Below are positions 53,524 to 63,124 of a stretch of DNA of 64,000 nt, in pieces. A model generated the notes under the pieces. It made no database searches. It had not been told where the DNA came from and saw only the letters and a program-made list of their open reading frames with translations. The position numbers and the translations under genes were made by a program. This stretch comes from an uncultured Actinomycetota bacterium (GTDB lineage Bacteria > Actinomycetota > Actinomycetes > Mycobacteriales > QHCD01), in NCBI GenBank assembly GCA_963775655.1, contig CAVZJT010000012.1, positions 41,314-105,313 of the forward strand, read 5' to 3'. Numbering within the stretch: position 1 is the stretch's first letter; every line of letters begins with the position of its first letter.

Positions 53524-55044
53524 ATGGGGGTAGACATGTGGCGTCGTACGGTCATCCTGGCTAGTGCGCTGGCCGTGGTCGCGGGAAGTGCGATCGCGTT
53601 CACCCAGCTCACGTCCGCGAATGCGTCGACGTCGTCGGCGACCTCGTCGGCGACGAATCCTCGATTCCAGGTGGACCGCTGGTCGACACCGACCTACGAC
53701 CACAAGTACTCGCAGTCGATCACGTCGGAACAGTTCAGTACGCCGGCCGTCGCCTACATGGGATCCGGCAAGGTCCCCGAGGTGATCGCCGGCTTCCCGA
53801 ACGGCCACGTCTACGTCTGGGGCGCCCGCACCGGCCATCTCTGGCTGGACCGCTACATCGGCCCGGGCGCGGTGCAGGCCTCACCGACGATCGTCGACCT
53901 CAACCATGACGGGCAACCCGACATCGTCACCACCGACACCGCGGGTGACGTGGTCGGCTTCACCTTGGGCAACAAGACGATCTTCCGTGCGCACACCGGG
54001 ATCGGCCCGCACCAGTTCGGCAACTTCGCCACCACCGCGGTCGCCGACCTCAACGGCGACGGGCACCTCGACATCATCCAGGCCGGCTGGGACCACTACG
54101 TCCACGTGTGGGACGGCAGATACCTGAACCCGACGAAGAGCACCCGCCAGCTCCCCGGCTATCCGGTGTTCCTCAAGGACACGATCTGGTCCTCACCGGT
54201 CATCGCCGACCTCAACCACGACGGAACAAAAGACATCATCGTCGGGTACGACTGCGACGGCGTGCAGGGCCAACCCTGCTACAAGATCCGCGACCACTAC
54301 CAGCGCGGCGGCTACGTCACCGCTCTGAACGGTGCCGGTGCGAACGCCGGCAAGCCGCTACCCGGGTGGCCGCGCTTCGTGAACGGACAGACGATCTGGT
54401 CCAGCCCCGCAGTCACCGACCTGAATCACGACGGCAAGCTCGACGTGGTCGTCGGCACCGGCAACATGCTTCTGGGCGGCCACGAGATCCTGGCCTACGA
54501 CCGGACCGGGAAGTTCCTCCCGGGCTGGCCGGTCAAGGTCTCCGGGCGCCCGACGGGCTCCCCGGCCATCGGCGACCTGGACCACAACGGCAACAAGGAG
54601 GTCGCGGTCACCGATGACAACGGCTACCTCTACGTCATCAACGCCAACGGGCACATCCGCTACAAGAAGTGCATCTCCAACACGATGACCAACTGCAGCG
54701 CCACGGGTCCCCGGATCCACGGCAGCCCGAGCATCGCGAACTTCACCGGCCTGTCCGGTGGGCGGCAAGAGGTGCTGGTCGGCGGAGAGCAGCACATGTA
54801 CGTCTTCGACAACAACGGCGCGCTGGCCTACTCGGGGATGCTCTGGTGGACCGACCGCAAGGTGCGCAGCCTGCCCTACATGTGCGCGCCGACCTACGTG
54901 AACATCGACGGCAAGGCGAAGGTCTTCGTCGCCGCGGGTGACTTCACCTTCGGAGAGGTCTTCGCGTGGACCTTGAACAAGCCCTACGTCCACGCCGACT
55001 GGCCGACCTTCCACCACGACATGGGTCGTACCGGGATCCTGTGA
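53524..55044 (+). CDS. Secreted FG-GAP/VCBS-repeat protein
   Basis: Signal peptide (..AFTQLTSANA), then repeated D(L)NHDG.(P/L)D(I/V)V motifs forming a beta-propeller-like array. Confidence 0.8.
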   Translation: MGVDMWRRTVILASALAVVAGSAIAFTQLTSANASTSSATSSATNPRFQVDRWSTPTYDHKYSQSITSEQFSTPAVAYMGSGKVPEVIAGFPNGHVYVWGARTGHLWLDRYIGPGAVQASPTIVDLNHDGQPDIVTTDTAGDVVGFTLGNKTIFRAHTGIGPHQFGNFATTAVADLNGDGHLDIIQAGWDHYVHVWDGRYLNPTKSTRQLPGYPVFLKDTIWSSPVIADLNHDGTKDIIVGYDCDGVQGQPCYKIRDHYQRGGYVTALNGAGANAGKPLPGWPRFVNGQTIWSSPAVTDLNHDGKLDVVVGTGNMLLGGHEILAYDRTGKFLPGWPVKVSGRPTGSPAIGDLDHNGNKEVAVTDDNGYLYVINANGHIRYKKCISNTMTNCSATGPRIHGSPSIANFTGLSGGRQEVLVGGEQHMYVFDNNGALAYSGMLWWTDRKVRSLPYMCAPTYVNIDGKAKVFVAAGDFTFGEVFAWTLNKPYVHADWPTFHHDMGRTGIL

Positions 55045-55101
55045 CCGGTCGCCGCGGCGCCCATGGCTGCCCGCAGCCGCCAGGTGTGTTGAAATCATGG
55101 C

Positions 55102-55509
55102 GTGATCGGACCTGGTGGGCAGGAGCTGTCGGCCGATGACGCGGCCGGGGTCCTCACCGCCGCGTTCTCCCAGCCGGGCGGAGCGCAGACGGTCCTGGGC
55201 AGCCTCGGCGAGGTGTCCGGGCTGGACTACAAGCCGGCGACGGCCGGCCGGATGTTCCGGTCCGGTACGCCGGCCACGCTGAGCGTCGGCGACTGGGCGT
55301 TCGTCGCGGCCGACCGCAACGGCGTCCGGGTGCAGGTCCGGCACGTCGTCCGCGGGGTCCCGCTGCAAACCGCGCTCGTCGGGCCCGCCGAGGCGGGCCG
55401 CAAGCTCGCCGCCGAGGCGTTCCGGGTCGTGACGGAACAGGGCGCCCAGGCCTCGATCGAGTTGCAGTCCGCGCTCTACGGCATCGCCGTCGTGGTCGGG
55501 CTCGCCTGA
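55102..55509 (+). CDS. Hypothetical protein
   Basis: 135-aa ORF with strong G/C third-position bias. No family recognised. Confidence 0.5.
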   Translation: MIGPGGQELSADDAAGVLTAAFSQPGGAQTVLGSLGEVSGLDYKPATAGRMFRSGTPATLSVGDWAFVAADRNGVRVQVRHVVRGVPLQTALVGPAEAGRKLAAEAFRVVTEQGAQASIELQSALYGIAVVVGLA

Positions 55510-55534
55510 CCGGGCGGCCGACCACCGCGCGACG

Positions 55535-56539
55535 TCAGCTGCCCGGCGACGACCGCGACCCGCCGCGGTCGAGGTCCTCCAGCCAGTCGTTGTAGGCCGC
55601 GAGCTGCTCGTCGTCGTTGTCGAGATCGATGCGTGACGGGCCGCCGGATGCCGACCGGGCCGCGCCGCGACCGGCGAACCGCTCCTCGAACGTCGCCGTC
55701 CGGACCTGTTCCAACCACCCGCGCCGGGCCACCCGACCGCTGTCCCGGGACGCCCACACGGCGAAGACGAGCAGCATCGCGGCGAACATGATGAAGTCAC
55801 CGGCGATCCACATGACGGCGCCGCCGTTGTGGATGTCGGTGGCGGACATGCTCATCCCGAACAGTGGCGGGTTGGTCTGGATGAGGGTCAGCCCGGTGAA
55901 CGTGTCGACCGGCATGGCCGCGACCAGCATGATGATCTTCATCGGGTAGGACAGCCGCCACCGGATCGGCTCGTCCCCGAAGATCGGCAGGAAGTACAGG
56001 TAGCCGACCACGAGGAAGACCAGTTCCTCCGCGCCGTGGGCCACCGGGCTGTCCATGACGGTGACCATGATGTGGGTCAGGTGGGTCAGGACGACGACGG
56101 CGGTGTACAGGACGACGCAGAACGCCGGGTTGGTGAGCACGGTGACCGGCCGGGAGCGCAGGATCCGCTTCACCCGCCGGTGCATCGGAGGGTTCGCCGT
56201 ATGCAGGATGAGAATCAGCGGTCGGCCGGCGACCAGGAACGCGGGGGCGACCATGATCAGCAGCAGGTGCTGGACCATGTGCACCCAGAACAGGTCGTGC
56301 TCGTAGACCCCGATGCTGCTCTGGGTCGCGACGACGATGACGAACAGGCCGGCCGCGAAGGACAGCGTCCGCAGCCACGGCCAGTTCCGGCCGGGCCGGC
56401 GGACCGACCGCCACACCCCCCACCCGTAGAGAGCGGCGAGCACCAGGACCGCCGCCGTGGCGATCGGTACGAAGGTCCACTCGGTGAAGCCGGTGGACCA
56501 GGTCAGCAGCGGAAGAGGGTCGCCCATTCCCGGCATCAC
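55535..56539 (-). CDS. Cytochrome c oxidase assembly protein (CtaG/caa3-type membrane protein)
   Basis: Polytopic. LFWVHMVQHLLLIMVAPAFLVAGRP, VMWIAGDFIMFAAMLL. Confidence 0.8.
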   Translation of the reverse strand: MMPGMGDPLPLLTWSTGFTEWTFVPIATAAVLVLAALYGWGVWRSVRRPGRNWPWLRTLSFAAGLFVIVVATQSSIGVYEHDLFWVHMVQHLLLIMVAPAFLVAGRPLILILHTANPPMHRRVKRILRSRPVTVLTNPAFCVVLYTAVVVLTHLTHIMVTVMDSPVAHGAEELVFLVVGYLYFLPIFGDEPIRWRLSYPMKIIMLVAAMPVDTFTGLTLIQTNPPLFGMSMSATDIHNGGAVMWIAGDFIMFAAMLLVFAVWASRDSGRVARRGWLEQVRTATFEERFAGRGAARSASGGPSRIDLDNDDEQLAAYNDWLEDLDRGGSRSSPGS

Positions 56540-56629
56540 CTACCCGCCTTCCCGGCCGTGACCGCGGCCGGAACCAGCGTCGCACACGGGCTTTCCCGCC
56601 TCGTCCCGGCCTCCTCCGGCGGCACGCGA

Positions 56630-58803
56630 TCAGTCGTGCGGGCCGCCATCGGGCGCGGAAACGAGCACCTCGTCGCCGTCGGGGACGGCCGGCCGGCGGG
56701 CCGCGTCGGCGTGACCGGGCCACCAGGCGGCATGGCCGATCAGCGCGGTGAGGGCCGGGGTGAAGAACAGCGCCATGACGAAGGCGGCGACGGCGATGCC
56801 GAACGAGATGGCGAAGCCCATCTGGGTGAGGGTGGAACTGCCCGCGAGCATCAGGGACGGCGAAGGTGCCGGCAAGGATGAGGCCGGCGGCGGCGACGGT
56901 CGGACCGGCGTGCCGCACGGCCATCGCCGCCGCGTCGCGCGGACTCCGCCCTTCGCGGGCCTCTTCGCGGAGCCGGGCGATCATGAGGATGTTGTAGTCG
57001 GTGCCGAGCGCGACGACGAACAGATACATGATGATCGGCAGCAGGAAGATGAGCCCGGGTTCGCCGCCGATGTGCTGGAAGATCAGCACCGTGGCTGCCG
57101 AGGGTCGCGGCGAAACCGAGCCCGACCGAGGCCATCAGATACCAGGGCGCGACGACGCTCCGCAGCAGCAGCCCGAGGATGAGCATGATGAGTACGGCGG
57201 CGACGGGGAACACCACGAGGTAGTCATGGTTGACCGCCTTCTGGATGTCGACGTACACCGCGGTGATGCCGCCGACGACGGCCGTCGGTGCCGGTCGGCG
57301 CGGCGCGATGAGCCGTGTCGCGTAGGGGACCGCGCACGGTGGAGATCGCCGCGCTCGACTGCGGTCCGGACGTCAGGGTGACCTGCGAAGTAGGCGACGG
57401 ATCGGTCCGGCGAGAGCACGGGCGGACTGACCTGCCCGACGCCGGGCACCCGGCTCAGCGTGGCGCGGTAGCCGCTGAGCTCATTGCGGTCCAGGTCGGT
57501 GCTGGTGGTCGAACGGAGATAGACCTGCGACGGTTCGGTCGGCGCCCGCGGGCAGGCCCTTGAGGAGTTCCTTGCTGTAGACGGTGGACTCCGACGTCGA
57601 GGAGGTCGAGCCGCCGGTGAGGTCGAAGTTCGGGTGGAAGCCGAAGGCGGCGATGCGCCAGCAGCGACCATCAGGCCACCCGAGGCGACCGCGAACCGGC
57701 CGGGGTGGCGGCCCATCGCGCGCGCCGATCGCGGCGAACCGGGCCGCGGTGGGTTCCCGGCGCCACGCCTTCGACGGCCAGAAGACCTTCGGTGCCGAGG
57801 AGCGACACGATGGCCGGAATGAGGGTGAGCCCGGCGAGCAGGGTGACCGCAACGGCGATGGCCAACGCCGGGCCGAGCGACTTGAACAGACCGAGGGTGG
57901 ACAGTGCCAGCGCGAGGAAGGCGATGATCACCGCGCCGGCTGCCGAGGCGATCGCCTCGCCGGCCCGGGTGACCGCCGAGACCATCGCGGTCTTGGGGTC
58001 CTCCCCGGCGCGCAGTCGTTCCCGGTAGCGGAACAGCAGGAAGAGGATGTAGTCGGTGCCGACCCCGAACAGCACGACGATCAGCAGTGCGGTGACCGAG
58101 CTGTCGATCTTGAGGTCGAACGCGTTGTTCGCCCAGGCGATGAATCCGTCGGCGATCTGGGAGACCACGCCGATCGTGATGACGGGGAGCAACGCGATGA
58201 TCGGGCTGCGGAAGATGATCAGCAGCAGCACGATGATCAGGCCGACGGTGACGCCGCCGATGATCACCTGCGCGCGGTTGCCGGATTTCTCCGAGTCGAG
58301 CGTTTGCGCGGCGGTGCCGGTGATCCCGGCCTTCAACGTCGTACCCGACACGTGTGCGCGCAGATCCGCGCGGAGCACCTTGACCGCGTCCGGCTGCGAC
58401 TCGTCGCTCGGACTGCTGGGCAGCGGGCATCTGTACGGCGATCGGCTGGATCAACCGGTTCGGCGACGGCGGTCCCACCTGCACCGCGGTGACGTCCTTG
58501 ATGTGCGCTCCCGAGAGCGCGGCTCCGATCGAGGCGACCTTCGCGGAATCGGCGGCGGTCAACGCCGCGGCCGTCGGAGCGTTCGACGACGATGATCGCC
58601 GCCGGGGTGGCGGCCTTCGGAAACGCCGAATGCTGCAGGTTCTGCGCCTGGATCGACTCGTAGTGACTCGGCAGGAAGCTGGCCTCGTCACTGGTCGAGG
58701 TCAGCTTCGGAGCCAGCCCGATCACCGCGACAGCCGCCAACAACCACAGCCCGAGCACCCGCCAGGGGTGGTGGACGACGACACGTCCGAGCGCAGGAAA
58801 CAC
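56630..58803 (-). pseudogene. MMPL-family RND transporter, about ten frameshifts
   Basis: A full-length MMPL-like sequence can be read only by stitching ORF-track pieces 58333-58830, 57135-58691, 57671-58378, 57481-57852, 56851-57258, 55797-57089 and 56630-56875. Both GTDY transmembrane blocks are present. Confidence 0.85.
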
Positions 58804-58807
58804 CGAT

Positions 58808-59449
58808 TCAGCCTTTCGCTTTGGTCGCACGATCGAACAGGGTCACCAGTTCGGTCGCGTAGGACTCGATGTCGAACTCAGGGTCGTGGGACATCTGCAG
58901 GACGGCTCCGTCGATGGCCTGCCGGACGGCGATCGCCACCGATCGCGCGGACAGGGTGCGGAACTCGCCGGTCTCCATGCCCAGTCGCAGGATCCACTCG
59001 GGATCCAGCTCGGCCAGCTCCGGCGGTGGCGGCTGCGCCGCCATCGCCTGATCGAGGCGGTCACCGGTGTCGCTCCGGTAGCTGGTCCAGATGTCGAGCA
59101 TCGCGAGGGCGTGCGCCCGGTGGGTCGCGATGAATTCGGCGTTCGACCGGATGTAGGCGGCCAGCTTCCCTGCGGCGGTCGATTCGGCGGCGATGGCCGG
59201 GAGCATCACCCGCGCACCTGCGGTGAACACCTCGGTGACGACCTGCGTGACGAGCTCGTCCTTGCCGGCGAAGTGGTAGGACACCACGCCCCGGCTGACC
59301 GCCGCCCGGTCGGCGATGCGGGCGATGGTCGCCTGCGGGTACCCGTGCTCGGCGATCGTGTCGATGGCGCACTGCACCAGCTGGGCCCGGCGCGCGGTCT
59401 CGATGAACGACCGGCCCTCTTGGCCGCTCGACCGGGAATCTGACATCAC
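58808..59449 (-). CDS. TetR/AcrR-family transcriptional regulator
   Basis: HTH ..GYPQATIARIADRAAVSRGVVSYHF. Its stop lies 4 nt before the inferred MMPL GTG. Confidence 0.92.
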   Translation of the reverse strand: MMSDSRSSGQEGRSFIETARRAQLVQCAIDTIAEHGYPQATIARIADRAAVSRGVVSYHFAGKDELVTQVVTEVFTAGARVMLPAIAAESTAAGKLAAYIRSNAEFIATHRAHALAMLDIWTSYRSDTGDRLDQAMAAQPPPPELAELDPEWILRLGMETGEFRTLSARSVAIAVRQAIDGAVLQMSHDPEFDIESYATELVTLFDRATKAKG

Positions 59450-59512
59450 GGCCAGAAAGCTAGCACATGCGATCAGAGCGGCGCCGGGGCCGGTGACCGA
59501 TTCCCGTCGCGG

Positions 59513-59770
59513 CTAACGGCCGTCGGAGCGCTTCGTCGACTGTCGATGCAGGAAGGCGCCGACGAGAACGCCGACCACGAGCATCGCGGTCAGCGCCGCC
59601 CACAGCGGCATGCTCACGACCGGGACGATGACCCGGATCTTGACCTGACGGGTGTTCTCGACGATGAAGACGATGGCCAGGACGAGCAGCACCAGCGCGA
59701 CGATCGACCGGGGGGACAGGCGGGAGCGCTTCTTGGTGGTCTTCACCGGTGGCGGGGTCGTTGCGGTCAT
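59513..59770 (-). CDS. LapA/DUF1049-type small membrane protein
   Basis: 85 aa from MTATTPPP.. with two TM helices and ENTRQVKIRVIVP between them. Confidence 0.65.
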   Translation of the reverse strand: MTATTPPPVKTTKKRSRLSPRSIVALVLLVLAIVFIVENTRQVKIRVIVPVVSMPLWAALTAMLVVGVLVGAFLHRQSTKRSDGR

Positions 59771-59959
59771 CGTCGATGCTCCCTCGGAGGAGTCGGCCAC
59801 TGCTGGCTGTGGGGCCGGCCTCACCATCCATCGTCGCCGAGATGACCGGCCGGTGGTCGCCCTTCGGGAAACACGTCGACCCGACGGCCGAGGCTCACTC
59901 CGCATGGGTGATGCCAGGGTGCCGCGTTCCCGCGACAGTCGGAGGCGGGGGTGAGAGCG

Positions 59960-60193
59960 ATGACGGTGACCTACGAGATCCGCATCCGCGGACGGATCGG
60001 AGAGGTCGTTGCATCCGCTTTCGTCGGATTCGACGTGTCGACCCACAGCGTCGAGACCGTCCTGTCCGGTCCGGTCGCCGATCAGGCGGAGCTGTTCACG
60101 CTGCTCGCCCAGTTGCAGTCCTTCGGCTTCGAACTCGTCGACGTTCGGCAACTCTCCGCCCCACCGGCCACCGCACCGCCCGAGTCGAACTAG
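59960..60193 (+). CDS. Small conserved hypothetical protein (~77 aa)
   Basis: MTVTYEIRIRGRIGE..ETVLSGPVADQAELFTLLAQLQSFGFELVDVRQL. It resembles a widespread unannotated actinobacterial small-protein pattern. Strong third-position G/C bias. Confidence 0.6.
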   Translation: MTVTYEIRIRGRIGEVVASAFVGFDVSTHSVETVLSGPVADQAELFTLLAQLQSFGFELVDVRQLSAPPATAPPESN

Positions 60194-62898
60194 AGCAGCT
60201 GCAGCGCCCGGGCGCGGGCCACCGCCTCACTGACGCTGCTGACCTCGAGCTTCCGGTAGATCGCTTTCTTGTGCGTCTTCACCGTGTTCACGGTGATGAA
60301 CAGGCCACGCGCGATCTCCTCGTTCGGGAGCCGGCCGACGAGGCGGCGCAGCACCTCGGTCTCGCGGTCGGTGAGCTCGGCCCACGCGGGGCTGACCACC
60401 CGGTCGGCCCGCCGCGTCAGGTCGAGCAGGCGGGCGACGAAGTCCGGGTACGCCGTCCCCATGTCGACCTGCGCCGCGAGCAGAGGGGCCATCCGCTCGG
60501 CCATCGCCAGGAACGGCGCCCGCACGTCCTCCGGCTCGGCCGTCGCGAGGGCCCGCTCGAGATACTGCCCGGCGCGAGGCCCCTCGCCACAGTCGTCGGC
60601 GGCGACCGCGGCGAGCAGCCACGCCGACACCGTGTCGTGCAGGTGCCCGACCGGGGTGGTGCCGTCGAGGCAGTCCTCGAGCGCGGCGATCGCCGCTCCG
60701 GCCTGGCCGGCGACGAGCAGCGCCTGGGCGCGGGCGAGGCGGGCGGCGTAGGGGCAGGCGGTCAAGGCGACGTCGTCGAGGACCGGCGCGCCCGCCCCGT
60801 TGCCGTCCAGCTCCAGCAGGTGCTGGGTCTGCAGCAGGCACTGTGCCCCGCAGAGCAGCACGGTGCGCAGGATGTGCTCGGACCCGCCGCGGCGCAGGTG
60901 CGCACGCAGGCCGGCGACGATCGCGAACGCGGTGGTGGGATCTCCGCTGGTCGCGTGCACCCAGGCTCGCACCAGCCCGATGTCCAGCGGCAGCTGGGGA
61001 TTGATGGCGAAGTTGTTGGACAGCTCGGCGTGGTCCAACGCGCGATCGGCCTCGGCGACCTCTCCCCGCAGGCAGTGCACGGCGGCCGCGACGACGTAGG
61101 CCACCGCCACGAGCTCCATCTGATCCCATTCGCGCGCCTCGGCCTCGGCGATCGCCTGGTCGGCGAGTGCGCCGGCCTCGGTGAGCCGGCCTTCGACCAG
61201 GGCCAGCGCCGACAGGTAGGCCAGGCAACCCACGGCGAGGTAGTCGTGGCCGGCGGCGCGGGCCGCGGCGATCCCGAGTCGCAGATGGATACGGCCGGCC
61301 TCGACCTCGCCGGTGTCGCATTCGGCGGCGCCGAGCAGATAGAGGCCGAAGGCGCGGGCCGCGGATTCCTCGACGGGTTGCCCGGAGGCGGTCTCGATCT
61401 CGACTTCGGCGTCCGGAGTGAGGGCCGCGACCGCATCGGCGAGGGCGCCACCGTAATGGCCCGTCACCCGGCCCTGGTAGAGCCGGACCGCGGTGAGCGT
61501 CCGCTGGGCGCGCCGGTCGTCGGAGGTCTGCAGGGCCGGATCCAGCAGCCGGAGGAGATCCTCGGCGGCGCCGCCGTCCCCCATCGCCAGGCGTAGTGCC
61601 GCGGTGGCGCAGCAGATCTCCGGGTCGGCGAGCCGCACCGTCGTCGGCACCCCGCCGAGCAGCCGGCGTACGGCGGCCAGGTCGCCCCGGATGAACAGGT
61701 CGAGCCAGTGATCGGCGAGGATCCGGGTCGCGGTACTGCTGTCCGGGGTCAGCTCGGCGTGCGCCACCGCGTCGGCCGGGAGGTGGTTGGCGGCGAACCA
61801 GGTGGCGGCGCGGGCGTGCAGCTCCGCGGCCAGGTCGGTGTCGCGGAGCGCGAGTTGGGCGCGGAGCACCTCGGCGAGCAGCGGGTGGTAGCGCCACCAC
61901 GAGCCGTCCGGTCCGAGCGTGGTCACGAACACCTGGGAGGTCGCGAGGTCGGACAGCACAGCGGCGGCATCGTGCCGCCCGGTCAACGCGGTCGCGAGTC
62001 CGGGGCAGATCCGGTCGACGATGCAGGTGCGGACGAGGAACTCGCGGACCTCGGGCGGCTGCTGGTCGAGGACCTCGGTGACGAGGTAGTCGGCGACCGC
62101 GCGGTCGTCGCCGGAGAAGCGGCGTACCCCCTCCGCGACGTCCGCGCAGCCGGCGAGGTTCATCGCGGCCAACCGGACGCCCGCCGGCCAGCCCTCGGTG
62201 CGCTCGTGCACGATGCGCGCGTCGGCTCCGGTCGCCTCGATGTCGCTCTGGGCGAGGGCCAGGCGGGTCTCGGCCGCGGTGAACGCCAGGTCGTCGGCGC
62301 GCACGTCGCTGACCTGCCCGTCGACCCGCAGCCGGCCGAGCGGGATCGCCGGGAGGTAGCGGCCGGACAGCACCACGCTGAGCGTCGGAGGTGCGTAGCT
62401 CTGCAGTCGGGACAGTCCGGCGAGCAGGCCCCGATCGGTGAGCAGATGGACGTCGTCGATGACGAGGACCGGCGCGACGCTGAGATCGTGCAGCGCGTTG
62501 ACCAGGTCGGCCAGGAAGCTGTCGGTGCCGGCCGGCCTGCGCGGCGGCCGCAGGGTGGTGAGCGGCAGTCGATCGTCGTCCGGGACCGCTGCCCGGATCG
62601 CGGCGACGAGGTAGGACCAGAACTGTGGCGGGTCGTCGTCCCCGCGATCGAGGGACAGCCACGCGACGGGGCGGGTCGCGCCATTCCGGCCCGCCCACGC
62701 GGCGAGCAGGGTGGTCTTCCCCCAGCCGGCCGGCGCGGTGAGCAGGGTGCATCGGCGCTGGGTCGCCGAGTCGAGCAGTGCCATCAGCCGCGGCCGCGCG
62801 ATGGACCGCGCCAACGGCGGCGGCACCGTCAGCTTGGCGCGCAGGAGAGACGCTCCCGCAGGCAAGCCTGCTGCCGTCGTACCCCGCCTCGTCGGCAC
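60190..62898 (-). CDS. LAL-type (large ATP-binding) LuxR-family transcriptional regulator
   Basis: N-terminal Walker A LLTAPAGWGKTTLL, central TPR-like region, C-terminal LuxR HTH (LTDRETEVLRRL..NEEIARGLFITVNTVKTHKKAIYRKLEV). Start uncertain (GTG 62898 or ATG 62994). Confidence 0.88.
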   Translation of the reverse strand: MPTRRGTTAAGLPAGASLLRAKLTVPPPLARSIARPRLMALLDSATQRRCTLLTAPAGWGKTTLLAAWAGRNGATRPVAWLSLDRGDDDPPQFWSYLVAAIRAAVPDDDRLPLTTLRPPRRPAGTDSFLADLVNALHDLSVAPVLVIDDVHLLTDRGLLAGLSRLQSYAPPTLSVVLSGRYLPAIPLGRLRVDGQVSDVRADDLAFTAAETRLALAQSDIEATGADARIVHERTEGWPAGVRLAAMNLAGCADVAEGVRRFSGDDRAVADYLVTEVLDQQPPEVREFLVRTCIVDRICPGLATALTGRHDAAAVLSDLATSQVFVTTLGPDGSWWRYHPLLAEVLRAQLALRDTDLAAELHARAATWFAANHLPADAVAHAELTPDSSTATRILADHWLDLFIRGDLAAVRRLLGGVPTTVRLADPEICCATAALRLAMGDGGAAEDLLRLLDPALQTSDDRRAQRTLTAVRLYQGRVTGHYGGALADAVAALTPDAEVEIETASGQPVEESAARAFGLYLLGAAECDTGEVEAGRIHLRLGIAAARAAGHDYLAVGCLAYLSALALVEGRLTEAGALADQAIAEAEAREWDQMELVAVAYVVAAAVHCLRGEVAEADRALDHAELSNNFAINPQLPLDIGLVRAWVHATSGDPTTAFAIVAGLRAHLRRGGSEHILRTVLLCGAQCLLQTQHLLELDGNGAGAPVLDDVALTACPYAARLARAQALLVAGQAGAAIAALEDCLDGTTPVGHLHDTVSAWLLAAVAADDCGEGPRAGQYLERALATAEPEDVRAPFLAMAERMAPLLAAQVDMGTAYPDFVARLLDLTRRADRVVSPAWAELTDRETEVLRRLVGRLPNEEIARGLFITVNTVKTHKKAIYRKLEVSSVSEAVARARALQLL

Positions 62899-63124
62899 CC
62901 GCGTCCCCCGTCCGTCGGCGGTGCACCCAGCACAAGTGTGCACCGGCGAGGCTCGTGACGTCACCCGTTCCGGGTGAGGCCGGTGGGGCCACATCACTCG
63001 GACGAGCCCGATCGGTCCCGATGACGGGGTGTCACATGCGCTGTCCGGACCCGTGGAGAACGGCCCGTTCAGCGGTGACATGTCCCGGTTTTGTTGAGGA
63101 CGATCGGTAACAGGGGGAGTTCGT

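Noticed and set aside
59749-62992. ORFs 59749-61596 (+) and 60227-62992 (-), 615 and 921 aa
   Set aside because: They are shadow frames of the LAL regulator (60190-62898), which alone carries Walker A, TPR-like and LuxR HTH motifs.
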